Of a DNA stretch of 64,000 bases, positions 25,758-40,585 are shown piece by piece; within the stretch, counting starts at the first letter, position 1; every line of letters starts with the position of its first letter. A program made the position numbers and the translations under genes. The notes beneath the pieces were generated by a model that was given only the letters and a program-made list of their open reading frames with translations, ran no database searches and was not told the DNA's origin. The stretch is from Chiloscyllium plagiosum. Lineage: Eukaryota. The stretch is from positions 78,604,935 through 78,668,934 of the forward strand of contig NC_057718.1 of the NCBI RefSeq assembly GCF_004010195.1. Reading direction: 5' to 3'.

Positions 25758-26950
25758 GGGTGGAATTTTCCAGAAATTGACTAAGTTTCAATTTTGGTGT
25801 GTTTCATAGAGGGTTTCTCCCATTCTATCTTCCTAAACTTGCCTGATTACCTACATGCCACACTCTTTTAATGCCCTGCTCATTGTATTCTTCACTTGCC
25901 TGAGGTGGAAGTAATCTGCACTGCCAGAATGTCCTGGTAATCCTGGTACCATCGTCATACTTAAAATATAATTGTACACCAGATCGAGTGCTCTCAGTCC
26001 TGCATTGCACCACATGGTTTCTGTCTTTTTGCACAATGGTGTCATATAAAATACAATTGGTACCTGACTTTGTGGACCTGAATGTCCTGGTGGATGGGGT
26101 GATGCAACAGAGAGGTCGCCCTCTTCCCTGAGGACCAGCAGAGGAGATCATGACACCAGCACTCGTTAGCCTGTTTTGAGATTGCCTGGTCAGTGCTGTT
26201 TTAGTGGTCCAGAGAAATGCTCAGCAATTCTGCAACAAGGTCAATTACCTTCTCCATAGTGAATCTAATGAGGTCAGCCTGATGGACCTTACAGAATATG
26301 ACTTGCCTGATTGGAACTGTTAATCTGGTCCAATCAAAGAGCCTTGGCTGACGGATGAAAAGAGTGTCAGACATTCTGACACTCTAAGAGCTGGCTCTGA
26401 GACAGCTGAACCAGTGTCAAAGACTTTCCACATGTAAATAAAGGGTGATTTGGTGACGGAATACTGGCCTCTGTGGAATTATTTCATTCTCCACTCAATT
26501 AGGATAAATGCCACCATATTTTCTCTTGTTATTGTCATACTCTATCTCCGATACTGCACACAACTCTGACTAAAGTGCATGGGCTATCACTCTCACTGTT
26601 GCATCCAACATCTTCCCTCATTTGCTCCATACACCCAGCTCTCCAGACTAAACATTGGATGGCTTCTGTGCTGCCTACTGTCAATTGAAACACCTCACCA
26701 CCATTTTTCCCCTACCTGTACCAGTCCTGAATAGCTGTGTGAAACACTTTCATCTCATTCAATCCCTCATTTTGTCTCATTCCAATAGCAAGTATCAACA
26801 ATAGGACAGGGAGAGCCAGTAGAGCTGACATGACTGACATTCATCTACTCATGCCTGACAAAAAACGGATCTTTGCTTTGACAGGGTGAGGACCAAAACC
26901 ATTTATGTTGTTATGCTGAAACCTCCATGTCCCAGCAACAAACCAAGAAG
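25758..26950 (+). mobile_element. Second Harbinger-type Myb/SANT remnant, interrupted by a solo LTR
   Basis: Begins gggtggaattttcc. DLNVLVDGVMQQ..LFPEDQ and RNAQQ.CNKVN.LLH remnants are homologous to 9206-9440. Confidence 0.5.
26255..26486 (+). mobile_element. Probable solo LTR (about 232 bp)
   Basis: Flanked by ttctc/ttctc. Contains CCAAT and AATAAA and ends in CA; the 5' TG is not intact. Confidence 0.5.
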
Positions 26951-27389
26951 CATTGCCCATTGCTATGCTGTTCTTGCATAATCGCCATTGTGAGTGCACT
27001 CTTAACATTCCTGATCTTCGATTCCTTGTTCATGGTGCATTCACTCTCTTGTCTCCTGCAAGTATAAGTGGCATCTGCATGGTCTTGATGGCCAAGAAGT
27101 TGGCGTCACATACACCTTTCTCCACTTCTGAGGAAGGTTTCATGTTCCTGGCATCTCTTAATGATGAATGTTCAAAGTACAATGCTCCATTTGTAGTATT
27201 TTAAATGCTTTGTTTGTCCAAATATATCTTTCTCCTTGGGATTTTTCATAGCTTTAGTGGACTGTAATTTTTCAAGACTGGCATCTGGCCTTGTTTGGAT
27301 GCCCAGCCAATTCAGCTGTCCAATTAGACTTCACAGTTCCTTTGTTTCAGATTTTGAAGTCACTGTGTCTTTTTGTGAAGTTCTAATTT

Positions 27390-30300
27390 AGAGTCCTAGA
27401 GTCATGGAGATGTACAGCACAGAAACAGTCCAACTCATCCATGCCGACCAGATAGCCCAACCTAATCTAGTCCCACCTGCCAGCACCTGACTCATATCCT
27501 TTCAAACCCTTCCTATTCATATACCCATACAGATGCCTTTTAAATGTTGCATTTGTACTAGCCTCCACCACTTCCTCTGGCAGCTCATTCCACACAAGTA
27601 CCACCCTCTGTGTGAAAACGTTGCCCCTTAGGTCTCTTTTATATCTTTTTCCTCTCACCCTAAACCTATGCTGCCTAGTTCTGGACTCCCACACCCTAGA
27701 GAAGAGACTTTGTCTATTTATCCTATCTATACCCCTCATGATTTTATAAACCTCGAGCAGGTCACCCCTCAGCCTCCAATGCTCCAGGGAAAACAGCCTT
27801 AGCTTATTCAACCTCTTCCTATAGCACATATCCCCCAACCCTGGCAACATCCTCGTAAATCTTTTCTGAATCCTTTCAAGTTTCACAATGTCTTTCTGAT
27901 AGGAAGGAGACCAGAAATACATGAATATTCCAAAAGTGGCCTAATGAATATCCTGTACATCCGCAACATGACCTCCCAACTCCTGTACTCAATACTCTGA
28001 ACAATAAAGGAGAGTATACCAAACGTCGCCTTCACTATCCTATCTACCTGCGACTCTACTTTCAAGGAGCTATGAACCTGCACTCCAAGATCTCTTTGTT
28101 CAGCAACACTCTCTAGGACCTTACCATTAAGTGTACACGTCCTGCTAAGATTTGCTTTCCCAAAATGCAGCACCTCGCATTTATCTAAATTAAACTCCAT
28201 CTGCCACTTCTCAGACTATTGGCCCACCTGATCAAGATCCTGTTATAATCTGAGGTAGCCTACTTCACTGACCACTATACCTCCAATTTTTGTGTCATCT
28301 GCAAACTTACTAACTGTACCTCTTATGCTCACATCCAAATCATTTATGTAAATGACAAAAAGTAGTGGACCTAGCACTGATCCTTGTGGCATTCCACTGT
28401 CACAAGCCTCCAGTCTGAAAAACAACCCTCCACCACCACCCTCTGTCATCTACCTTTGAGACAGTTCGCATCCAAATGGTTAGTTCTCCCCGTCTTCCAT
28501 GAGATATAACCTTGCTAACCAGTCTCCCATGGGGAACCTTGTCGAATACATTACTGAAATCCATATAGATCACGTCCAATGCTCTGCCCTCATCAATCCT
28601 CTTTGTTACTTCTTCAAAAAACTCAATCAAGTTTGTGAGACATGATTTCCCACGCACAAAGCCACGTTGACTATCCCTAATCAGTCCTTGCCTTTCCAAA
28701 TACAAGTATATCCTGTCCCTCAGGATTCCCTCCAACAACTTGCCCACCACTGACATCAGGCTCACTGGTCTATATTTCCCTGGCTTGTCCTCACCACCTC
28801 TCTTAAATCGTGACACTATGTCAGCCAACCTCCAGTCTTCTGGCACATCACCTGTGAATATTGATGACACAAATATCTCAGCAAAGGGCTCAGCAATCAC
28901 TTCCTTAGTTTCCCACAGCGTTCGAGGGTACACCTGATCAGGTCCTGGGAATTGATCCATTTTTATGTGTTTGAAGACATCCAGCACTTCTTCCTCTGTA
29001 ACATGGACATTTTTTTAAGATGTCACCATCTATATCCCTATATTCTATATCTTCCATATCCTTTTCCACAGTAAATACTGATGAAAAATACTCATTTAGT
29101 ATCTCCCCATCTCCTGTAGCTCCACACAAAATCCACCTTGCTGATCTTTGAGGGGCCCTATTCTCTCCCTAGTTACCCTTTTGTCCTTAATGTATTTGTA
29201 AAAACCCTTTGGATTCTCCTCAACACTATTTGCCAAAGCTATCTCATGTCCCCCTTTCACCCTCTTGATTTCCCTCTTAAGTATACTCCTACTGCCTTTA
29301 TACTCTTGTAAGGATTCATTCAATTTATCTAGTCTATACCTGACATATGCTTCCTTCCTTTTCTTATCCAACTCCTCAATTTCTTTAGTCATCCAGCATT
29401 CCCTACACCTATCAGCCTTTCCTTTCACCCTAACAGGAATATATCGTCTCTGGACTCTCGTTAGCTCATTTCTGAAATCTTCCCATTTTCCAGCTGTCCC
29501 TTTACCTGCAAATATCTGCCCCCAATCAGCTTTTGAAAGGTATTGCCTAATACTGTCAAAATTAACCTTCCTCCAATTTAGACCTTCAACTTTTAGGTCT
29601 GGTCTATCCATTTCCATTACTTTTTTAAACCTAATAGAATTAGTTTTAGGCTCCAAAGTGCTCCCCCTCTGACACCTCAGTCACCTGCTGTGCCTTATTT
29701 CCCAAGAGTAGATCAAGGTTTGCACCTTCTCTCATAGGGACATTCACATATTGAATCAAAAATTTTCTTGTACACACTTAACAAATTCCTCTCCATCTAA
29801 ACCCTTAACACTATGGCAGTCCCAGTCTATGTTTGGAAAGTTAAAATCCTCTACCATAACCACCCTATTATTCTTACAGATAACTGACATATCCTTACAA
29901 ATCTGTTTCTCAATTTCCTTCTGACTATAAAGGGGGTCTATAATACAATCCTAAAAAGGTGATCATCCTTTTCTTATTTCTCAGTTCCACCCAAATAACT
30001 TCCCTGGATGTATTCCCAGGAATATCCTCCCTCAGTACAGCTGTAATGCTATCTTTTATTAAAAACACCACTCCCACTCCTCTCTTGCCTCCCTTTCTGT
30101 CATTCCTGTAGCATTTGTATTCTGGAACATTAAGCTACCAGTCCTGTCCATCCCTGAGCCATGTTTCTGTAATTGCTATGATAGCCCAGTCCTACGTTCC
30201 TAGCCATGCCCTGAGTTCATCTGCCTTCCCTGTTTGGCCTCTTGCATTGAAATTAATGCAGTTTAATTTATTAGTCCTACCTTGTTCTCTGCTTTGTCCC

Positions 30301-31570
30301 TGCCTGCCATAATTGTTTGACTCGCTTCTGTTCTCAACTGTACCACTATCTCCCTGGGTCCCAGGCCCTCTCCCAACACCTTACTAGCTTAAATCCTCCC
30401 GAGCAGCTCTATCAAATCTCCCTACCAGTATATTAGTCCCCTTCCAATTTAGATGCAATCCGTCCTTTTTGTACAGGTTACTTCTACCCCAAAAGAGATT
30501 CTAACAATCCAAAAATGTGAATCCTTCTCCCGTATACCAGCTCCATGGTATTCATCTGCTCTACGCTCCTATTCCTATCCTCACTAGCTCGCAGCACCGT
30601 AAGTAATCCAAATATTACTACTCTTAAGGATCTCCTTTTTAAATTCCTGCCTAACTCTCTATATTGTCCCTTCAGAATCTCATCCTTTTCCCTTCCAATG
30701 TCATTGGTTCCAATGTGGACAATGACCTTGAGAACATTCTGTACCCTCTCTGAGACATCCTTGATCCTGGCACGAGGGAGGCAACACACCATTCTGATTT
30801 TTCATTGCTGGCCACAGAAACATCTGTTTGTATCTCAGACTAGAGAGTCCCCTAACACAATTGGTCTCTTGGAACCCGATATACCCCTCATTGCATTAGA
30901 GCCAGTCTCAATACCAGAAACTTGGCTGTTCATGCTACATTCCCCATAGAATCCATCACCCTCTCCATTTTCCAAAACAACATACTTGTTTGAAATGGGG
31001 ATAGCCACAGAAGACTCCTGCACTAGCTGCCTACCTCTCTTACCCTTCCTGGAGTTAACCCATCTATGTGACTATATCTGTGACTTTTCTCCCATTCTAT
31101 AACTGCCATCCATCACATCCCCTTGCTCTTGTAAATTCCTCATTGCCTCTAACTGTCGCTCCAACCATTCCATTCGATCTGATAGGATTCAATGACCAAC
31201 ATGTAAACTCTCACTAAACTCCCACGTTCGACAAGAAGAGCATATCATTCTACTAAGGACCATTTTTGCTTCTTTCAATCTACAGACCCAGAAATTAGCA
31301 CTGTCTTAATCCTATACAAAATACTGCTCCAGGCTAACTTAATTCTTGTGGCTTATATTTTTAAGTTTAATCAAGAGACATATCTCAATAAAACATATAA
31401 TCAAGAAAGAATCCACTCTACTCACTACTGCAGACTTACTGTAAGGCCACACTTAAAAATATTCACTTATCTATCTCTGTGCTATGACCTCTCCCAAACA
31501 GGTTCCTCCAAGATCAGTTGTGTATTTCACTGTTTGTTAATCTTCCCAGACGCACTCCGATGTCCGAAAT
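27390..31570 (-). mobile_element. Near full-length (about 4.2 kb) CR1 LINE: ORF1 SGNH esterase, ORF2 endonuclease and RT; frameshifted
   Basis: VLGDSLV, VCCLP.ARIKDV..HIGTND (ORF1). [49 protein letters not shown] (ORF2). 3' microsatellite tail near 27390. Confidence 0.93.
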
Positions 31571-32504
31571 TCAATCAATTTCTAAATAAAATTGCTAATG
31601 AAAAGTGATACTTGATCCATCCTTCCTTATTTCCAGTCCAAGGTACTTAAAACACCAGAAGCTTGACTTCTAATTTCAAATTCTGCTTTAAGCCTATTTA
31701 TGACAATGTTTTTAAATTCACTGCTCTGATCCACAAAAAAAATCTATGTGCACCATAAAGATGCTTGAATGCTGCCTCTCATGTCAGTAAAACATAGCAG
31801 AGTCTGTTTTCAACTGAAGACAGTCCAATTTTAAGAAGACAGACTTACTTTAGATACTCTAAAGTTATCACTTAGGCCAAATTCACATTTAACTTAGAAA
31901 GTTGTAGAGTTCTCAAATTACTTAAATTTGTCCTGATTCTAAAATTTGTCTTAGTAGTATTTTAGCCAACCTTTTCCACACATAGTGAATCCATTGTCTG
32001 AACCGACACAACTGAAAGACTCTGCCAGCAACACATTCATCATTAGGCGAAAACTTCTTGTGACCAATACAATATCTTGTGACCTCTGTATCTCCATTAC
32101 TTTCCTCTGAATTTTCCATTTCATGTTTAGTTTTGAATAGTTTATTATAACGTTTAGGGCAGGGCATGGTGTAACGATATTTTGAATCATTCCTGAAACA
32201 TTGATTAACTATATCCTAAGCATTTTGATGTTCATTCTTTTATTGTACATCCCAAATTATCTTTCCTTCTCAAAATTATTAATAGCACTTTACAGTTACA
32301 GTCCCCTTTTGCTCTTTTGAAATCTGTATCTAGACAGTGTTGCCAGTTTGATAACATTATGTCCTGCACTATGTATCACTAATTGCCCCATTTGTACTAT
32401 GAATGCTTTCCTGGGAACTTTTAATGTAACAAAATGATACTTTCATCATACTAGCCTCAATCTTCCTAAATTTGTAAAAGTCTGACAATGACCCATCGGC
32501 AATT

Positions 32505-33400
32505 AGTACAATCAGTACATCCCCTCCCCACCTTTTTGTGTCTGAGAAGAAGGCCAGCCCTTTTCGCTGGAAAGCTTCCTGAGGCGTTTTATCACTGGAA
32601 CAGGTTCCTCTGACTCAGCACTCAGCATTGGCGGAGTGTAATGTGCGGGAGCTTGCCTCTTGCGCCAGGTGTGCCTCAGTGGAATTTTGTTCTTCTGCCT
32701 GCAAAGGTGTTGAGGTGGGTGCATAATACATGTCCATTTCTGATTCTGAGGAATCATCAATGCTTGACAGAGAGGGTGAACCCACGGGTTCCGGCAGCCT
32801 CTCTGACTGTTCCGAGAGTTGGGACACATTTGCTGCCACGTCTGGTGAATTGGCCATGCTAAATTGCCCATAGTGTTTGATGTATTAGTCAGAGGCAAAT
32901 GGGTCTGGGTGGGTTACTCTTTGGAGGGTCGGTTTGGACTGGCTGGGCCGAAGGGCCTGTTTCCACACAGTAGGTAATCTAATCTAATCTAATCTTTTGT
33001 GATTATGTGGTTTTCATATGGTCTACATGCTTGTTCAGCACCATTGCACTGAATTGAATTTAATATGGCATTGGTCCTGACCTCATGTTGACCATGCCTC
33101 TTACCAATGTGGGATCATTTCTGCGGTTCTCACACCAAACTTTGTCTCCTGTATTAAACTGACTCTCTTGCTTGGTGGAGTCTTGTATCCAGCATTGGTG
33201 TTCCTGACGCTGTTTCACCCTCCCCACCTCATGTTCGGGAAGATCAGACTTAGCCTGGTGCGCAGTCTTCTACCCATTAACAGCCCTGTTGGTGTTATCC
33301 CTATAGTTGCATGTAGGGTGGTCCTACAATCAAATAAGAAACATGACAGCTTGGTATTTAGCAAGGCTGTTGACTGTTTCTTCAAGCCAGCTATAAAACA
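32505..33400 (-). mobile_element. Gypsy-type LTR retrotransposon integrase C-terminus and polypurine tract, with an HE1-like SINE tail inserted at about 32895-32994
   Basis: KLSCFLF.CRTT.HAT.GITP.GLLMGRRLRTRLSL integrase motif. Minus-strand ggtggggagggga followed by TG at about 32518-32532. Confidence 0.75.
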
Positions 33401-33479
33401 GGACACTTGCATGCTATTCAGCAAAAAGCAGCAAATGATAGACAGAGCTTAGTGATCCCACAAGTAAGAAATCAGATCT

Positions 33480-35160
33480 AAGCTCTGCAGTCCTATCATA
33501 CCCAGCCATATGTTGTGGTGGACAATTAAACAATTCACTGGAGGAGGAGGCTCAAAAAATTCCCCGACCTTCAATGATACTGGAGTTAATATATCAGTGC
33601 AAAAGGTAAGGCTGAATCATTCACAACAATCTTCTGTCAGGAGTGCAAAGTGGATGATCCATCTTGGACTCCTTCAGAGGTCCCACCTTACAGATGCCAG
33701 TCTTCAGCCAATTTAATTCACTTCACATGATATCAAGAAACATTTGGAAGCACTGGATGCTGTAAAGGCTGTGGGCTGTGACAACTTTTGAACAATAGTA
33801 CTTAAGACTTATGCTCCAAACCACATAGCCACTCCCATAGCCAAGCTGTTCTGGTACATCTATAACACTGGCATCTACCCTACAATGTGGAAAATTGCGC
33901 AGGTATATCCTGTACACAGAAAGCAAGACATATGCATCCCAGCCAATTACTGCTGCATCTGTCTATTCTCAATCATCACTAAAGCGATGAAAGATGTCAT
34001 CAAGCATCACCTGCTCAGCAATAACCTGCTCAGAGATGCCCAAGTTGGGATCCACCAGGGCCACCCAGCTCCTGACCTCATTGCAGTTTTAGTTCAAATG
34101 TTGACAAAACATCTGAATTTCAGGGGTGAGGTGAGAGTGGCTGTCATTGACATCAAGGCTGTATTTAACCCTGTGTGACATCAAGGAGCCCTAGCAAAAC
34201 TGGATTCAGTGAGAAACTCCCCACTGATTGCAGTCATACTGGTGCATAGGAAGATAGCTGTTGTTGATGGGAGTCAGGCCTCTCATCTCAACCATCTTCC
34301 ACCGCTTCTTCAATGACCTCCATTTCAATATAATGAAAGAAGTGGCGATGTTTGTCAATAATTGCAGAATGTTCAATGCCATTTGTGACTCTTTAGATAC
34401 TGAAGAAGTCCACATCCAAGTGGTGCAAGACCTGAACAATATCCAGGTTTTGGTTGAAAAGTGGCAAGTAATATTAAATACAGGTAATGACCATCTCCAA
34501 TAAATGGCAATCTAAACATTGTCTCTTGACATTTAATGGCATAATCATCACTGAATTTCCCATTATTAACATCCTGAGAGTTACCATTGACCAGATACTG
34601 AATTGAACTAGCCATATAAACACAAGGGCTATAAGAGCAGATCAGAAAATAGGAATTGTGCATTGAGTAACATATTTCTTGATTCCTCAAATCCTGTCCA
34701 CCATCTACAAAGCACAACTCAGGAGTGTGATGGTATACTCCCCACTTGTCTGAATGAATACAGCTCCAAAAGCACTCAAGAAGCTTGACACCATTCAGGA
34801 CAAAGCAGCCTGCTTGGTTAGCACCACATCCAATCCCTCCACCATTGACACTGTGTTGAATTTCTGCAGTGTATCTTGTAGATAGTACACATGGCTGCTA
34901 CTGCATGTCAATCCTTAAACAGCATCTTCCAAACACATGACCACTTCCATCTAGAAGAACAAGGGCAGCAGATGCAGAGGAACACTACCACCTGCAATTC
35001 AACCTCCATCCCAAAAGAAGCCATTCACCATCCTGACTTAGAATCCTGGAATTCCCTCCCTAACAGCATTACAGCACATGGATTGCAGCAGTTCAAGAAG
35101 GCAGTTCATCATCACCTTCTGAAGGAGAATCATGGGTGAAGAAATGCTGGTTTAATGAAT
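33480..35160 (+). mobile_element. Old CR1/L2-group LINE ORF2 and 3' end
   Basis: WKIAQVYPVH.KQD...ANY and DIKAVF RT motifs. Confidence 0.8.
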
Positions 35161-35419
35161 CAAACATTTGCACTAACATGGATCTAATATTGAGACAATG
35201 GGTTGAATGTGTCAGCTTTTAGTCTCCTATAAGATCTACACTTTCTTCTTTGTGTCCCCTTGTCCCTTTGTAAAATTCTCCTAAATAGAGAATGTTTAAC
35301 AAGTCCAAGGACATGTGATGAAAAGTATAGATGAATTTTGAATAATTTAAAAGCAATCTCTGTAACATTGTACTTTGTAAACTGAATGTTTGTTTCTGTA
35401 GCTTATGCAGTCAACTTAC

Positions 35420-35568
35420 ATTTCCATCAAGTCCAGCGTTAGGATGTGTTTCTGGAGTGAAGTTACTATGTTCATGAGGGGTCATTGCTGACCAATTTTG
35501 GCAAGTCCTGCCACTGGCTGTGGTTGATATTGTCCCGCGATATGTCTCTCCAATACCTGACTGGCAAT
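35420..35568 (-). CDS. plg: Plasminogen exon 12-equivalent, first part of kringle 5 ([49 protein letters not shown])
   Basis: K5-typical FTPET..AGL. ttgccag acceptor, gtaagt donor, 149 nt, with the phase-0 3' junction typical of K5. Confidence 0.96.
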
Positions 35569-36099
35569 CTGGCAAAACACAGTTGCAAAGGAGACAACTG
35601 ACTTGCATTTCTTTTGTTATTATGCTGAGAAACCAAGTCACATTTAATGCAACTATTATTTCACTTAAAAGAATATGAATGAGAACAGTGGATTGTACAT
35701 GGATGCCAAGCTAGTTTGCTATAAAGAAGAAAGCAAAAACCAGTGTATAATTCATACTCAAGATAATGAGAGAGGCTCAGGAGCAGGATATATGCTTTCA
35801 CTTGTAGCTGGAAATGAAGAGTAGTGTTGGGGAAACTAACAGGAACGAGTAGATTATAAATCAACACAGTTAAGAAAAGGACAAATATATCAATATGTGT
35901 TAAGCAGGATCAGTGTTATTTTGTGTTTTGCTTGTAAACATTATGGAATTCCAATATAACAGTCTGCTATGACCAAGATGAGAAGAGTGCACTCTCTTTC
36001 TCTGGTCCCAGAACTCCATGAGTCACAACATAAATTGAATTGTTTTCACTGGTTCCCAACATGGTCAATCACATACTTTGTTTATTTTACACTGAAGCA

Positions 36100-36790
36100 A
36101 AAAAATCTTATACTTTCTTGATACTTAATTAAGACAAGGTTACTTTCTTGATAAAAACATCAGTAGTAGCATTATTTTTCTGTGAAATGCAAACAATATT
36201 TAACTGATAAAGATATACTTGCAAACTCCAATGAAGCTCTGGCACTTCTGTTTTTTTAAATTCTTTTTTCACAATGACTAAGTAGAAATCAGCATTTCCT
36301 TGTATCTGTTATGGACATATATGTCAAAATGTTGATAAGCCAGTAAAGTTTCCAATTTCTTTCTCCACCCCAGAGTATCTTTTTTGGTGTCAATTTAGCT
36401 TTTTAGTTAACTATCTTACTGGTGTCTCTGCGCCAACTGATTTACTTGTAACAGAACTACTCCTACCTAAATCCTTCAGGTCAGTATTATTGTTTGCTAC
36501 CTTAAAGGGTTTAGTGAAATCAGAGGCAGCAAGTACTGGTGCATTAACAATGACGTTTTCAAAAGATGTCTGGTACTCCATTGACCACTAACCTAAATTT
36601 CTTTCGGAGAAAATCTGTTAATAGAGTAGCTACAGTGCAGACATTTGATACAAACGTGCAATAGAAACCAAAGATCCACACAAATCTTCTAATTTAGGGA
36701 TATGGAGTCCATTAAAGTTTTTACTTGGCCACACTTGGTTTTGCCCTACTACATGCATACTACATATTACATACTACATGTCAATCCTGC
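36100..36790 (-). mobile_element. Highly degenerate Gypsy RT/RNase H linker
   Basis: Remnants RFV...GFYCTFVSNVCTVATLLTDFL and NAPVLAASDFTKPFKV. Confidence 0.55.
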
Positions 36791-36834
36791 TAAGAAGTGT
36801 AACATGTTTCAGTATAATGAAACCTGCATTAACC

Positions 36835-37282
36835 ATCCCCGCTGCCCCATGGCTCAACACTTTAACTTCCCCTCCCACTCCGCCAAGGATAAGCAGGTCC
36901 TGGGCCTCCTCCATTGTCTAATGCTAACCACCTGACACCTGGAGAAAGAACGCCTCATCTTCCACCTTGGGACCCTCCAACCACATGGGATCAAAATGGA
37001 TTTCACCAGTTTTCCCATTTCCCCTCCCAGTCTTATCCCAGTCCCAACCTTCCATCTTGGCATCACCCTCTTGAATGGTCCTACCTGTCCATCTTCCTTC
37101 CCACTTATCTGCTCCACCCTCCTCTCCGACCTATCACTTTCACCCTCGCCTTCATTTGCCTATCGCTTTCCCAGCTACCTTCCCCCCAGCCTAATTTCTG
37201 ATGAAGGGCTTTTTCACAAAATGTTGATTCTCCTGCTCCTCAGATTCTGCCTGACCTGCTGTGCTTTTGCAGCACCACACTA
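36835..37282 (+). mobile_element. Penelope-like family A 3' region (endonuclease C-terminus and decayed hammerhead)
   Basis: AQHFN.PSHS.KD..VLGLLHC...LEKERLIFHLGTLQPHG. CTGATGAAGGG at about 37198. Confidence 0.75.
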
Positions 37283-37624
37283 ATCCTCAAAGTATATCAC
37301 ACAATTAAGAATGCTGTTTATCACTTCATTCCTTAGTATCTGGAAAATGGGTGGAGATTTTTAGCTCAAATGGCATCACTCAACATTAGAAGAGAATGTC
37401 TGGTATAACAAAGGATGATATCTCTTCATTTGGGAGATAATCAAATCTACCACTCGGCCTTTAACAAAAATATTTTAGTAATTTAACTTTATTATTTTTA
37501 ATTTTAGTTTAATTTATTTAATATATCTGTTTTAATTCACATCTATCAATATAGTCTTCCAAGCAAGGATTTGGATAGGAACCTACTTTTGTTTCTGTGC
37601 TGACCTTTCTCTAATCTATGCAAG

Positions 37625-38240
37625 AATATCTTACATCAAAGACATATCAGAAATGATTTCCAGACCCCTTGGCATCATAGTAGCCCACAAACCTACCAAC
37701 ACACTTAAACAGCGACTTATGAAACTAAAGGATCCATTAGATACTACCAGCATATCTAACATCATTTACAAGATATCATACAAGAACTGTAAGAAAACAG
37801 CACTAGATCGGACAAGCAAGCAGGAAACATGCCACCAGGATACATGAACACCAACTAGCCACCAAAAGACACGACCCACTATAACTATCAGAGGACACCA
37901 CTTTGACTAGTACAATATACATCGTAGGACAGGCGAAACAAAGATATGCACAAAGAATTCTTAGAGGCATGGCATTCTAACCAGAACTCCAATAATAAAC
38001 ATATCGATTTAGATCCTATCTACCTTCCCTGGATAAAAAGAACTGGAAATGACATGACCCACCTTAAGAAATCAAGACTTATAAATAGAGAGGCAGGACA
38101 TACCACCAGCACTTCAAGAAGACTCTCGCTGATGATGTTACCTAGCATGGTGATGAAATGTATGAAAACACATCTCCCAGCTCAGCAAATTAATTTACAT
38201 ACTTATCATCAACCTGAGCTACAAATCTTCTCAAAAATCA
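37625..38240 (+). mobile_element. Penelope-like family C: GIY-YIG endonuclease remnant and 3' terminus with hammerhead motif at 38129-38162
   Basis: VAHKPTNTLK..L..LKDP...IIYKI..KNC...RI.EH and EFLEAWHS. CTGATGA-t-GTTACC-tagcat-GGTGAT-GAAA-tgta. Confidence 0.75.
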
Positions 38241-38561
38241 CTATGCAAGATCTGCTTAAACCATCAGGTTCTGGCAATGATCCAATTGGAGAACTAAAGC
38301 TGCTTTTCACTGGATTCAATCAGTTGGTTTTACAACATGTTTTGGACTTCCATTTTCACTTCGTCCTGATTATCTGGAACTGAACAATAAAGATTCTGTT
38401 TTATAGCAGAGGATCTTCCTACATCACATATGGCTAAACTTATATTACCTTATTTGTCCTTACAGACTCCTTTAAGTACTATGAGTAGCATTATGAAGTC
38501 TCTTCATTATGAAGACATGATGTCTCACTGCCCTAGCAGTTGACTGTTAGCCAACTGGATA

Positions 38562-38900
38562 ATAAGACCATAAGATATAGGAGCGGAAGTAAGGCCATTC
38601 GGCCCATCGAGTCCACTCAATCATGGTTGATGGGCATTTCAACTCCACTTACCCGCATTCTCCCCGTAGCCCTTAATTCCTTGTGACATCAAGAATTTAT
38701 CAATTTCTGCCTTGAAGACATTTAGCGTCCCAGCCTCCACTGCACTCTGTGGCAATGAATTCCACAGGCCCACCACTCTCTGGCTGAAGAAATGTCTCCG
38801 CATTTCTGTTCTGAATTTACCCCCTCTAATTCTAAGGCTGTGTCGACGGGTCCTAGTCTCCTCGCCTAACGGAAACAATTTCCTAGCATCCACCCTTTGT
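38562..38900 (-). mobile_element. Young CR1 3' end
   Basis: FRTEMRRHFFSQRVVGLWNSLP. (tcttatgg)-type tail near 38565. Confidence 0.85.
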
Positions 38901-40585
38901 AAGGGTGGAAGCATGGAAGGAGGCATGAGGGCGCGATGGGGCATATAAACATGAGGAGTATGGAGAGTGCAAGGAGATATGAATAAAATGGGCAAATGAG
39001 AGCCTATGGCAAGACTGTTTAAGAGGCTTTGGCATGACTGTTAAAATTTAAATGTTCAAAGATTTCTTACTTCAGAGAAGGCTTCCCTCAAGGTTTTCAA
39101 ACTGATTTATCTGGCAGGGTTCACTCAGCATTCAGGAACCTAACCACCTCCACTAAAATGGGAAGAGAATTTGAATTTCAAACAAGAATTTAAATTGTGA
39201 ACTCAATGGCACTTCAGTGAGTGTTGGGTCGCAAGCCGCCATGATTCCTGACCCACAGAGTCTGTCCCTCCACACAGTGAGATCATCGCTGATCATCCTC
39301 AACTCCATTACCTTTTTCCACCTAGTCCTTGATTCCTTTACTGATTAAAACTCTGTCCCTGTCAGCCTTGAACATTCTTAATGACCTAGCCTCTACAGTC
39401 CTCTGTGGTAAAAAAATTCCATCGATTCACTATAGAGAAGAAATGCCTTCTCATCTATTTAAAAGGTGACCCCTACTCTGAGATTATGTCACCTGGTCCC
39501 AGAATCTCATACTAAAGGATCTAATGTGTCAATCCTACTAAGAATTGTTTCAGTAAGGTTGCCTCTTTTTCTTCTAAACGCTAATGATTGCAGATGCTTA
39601 ACTTCTCCTCATAAGAAAATCCCTCCATTTTTGTGATCAATTTTGTGAACCTTTTCTGGACTGCCTCTAATGCTCATACATCTTTCCTTAGCCACGGGGA
39701 CCAAAAGTGTTCACAATATTCTGGGTGTGGTCTATTTGCTAGTGCCTCATATAGTTTTAACAAGACTTCCCTATTTTATTACTTTCAAATCAAAACTACT
39801 GTTCCATTTGCCTTGCCTGCACTTGCTGAATTTATATTTTAGCTTTTTGCAATTTATGCATGAGGATCCCCACATCCTCTGCCCTGCTGCTTTCTGTAGT
39901 TTTTCTTCATTGACGCTGTTTTAAAATTCATTCATGGGATGAATAAACTAGCATTTATTGCTCATCCCAGAAGGCAATTGAGAGTTAACACATTGATGTG
40001 AGTCTGGAGTCACACATAATCCAGACCACATAAGGACAGCAGTTTTTCCTAAAGGGAGTTAGTGACATTTTCCTGACAATTGGCAATGAATTCCCAGACT
40101 CTTAATTCCAGAATTTTATTGAAGTCAAATTCTACTAACTGCCATGGGAGGATTTGTACACAGGTCCCCAGAACATTACCTGATTAACACTCCAGCAGTA
40201 ATACCACTTGGTCAACATCTCCCCTATTCCTAATTGGTTCTTAATTAACTGAGCAGGTTGGCACTGAAAACAAATGATAAAAGCACAGACACACATAGAA
40301 AGAAAGACACAGCAGAGTGTTCTGTTGTTCTCCCAAGTAGAAGCTGCCTGTTCTCTACATTAAAAAATATCTTTCTTTAAACCTAAAAAATACTAGTTCG
40401 CTTTCCTGCAACCATTGCTGTGAGCTGTGACTTTTGAACTGATAAATCAGAGACAATTTCCAAGTGAAGTAGTCTCTGTGCTTCTTACAAACCAGTGGAA
40501 GCTTCTAAAGAAAGACAATTGAACACCAAAGGCCTAGCAGCTGAAGACAGACAACAGCAACATCAGAATTGGAAAGCAAAGGGCT

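Noticed and set aside
27467..31023. Cluster of 100-195 aa ORFs as an operon or an active retrotransposon
   Set aside because: They are consecutive frameshifted pieces of one CR1 element with in-frame stops.
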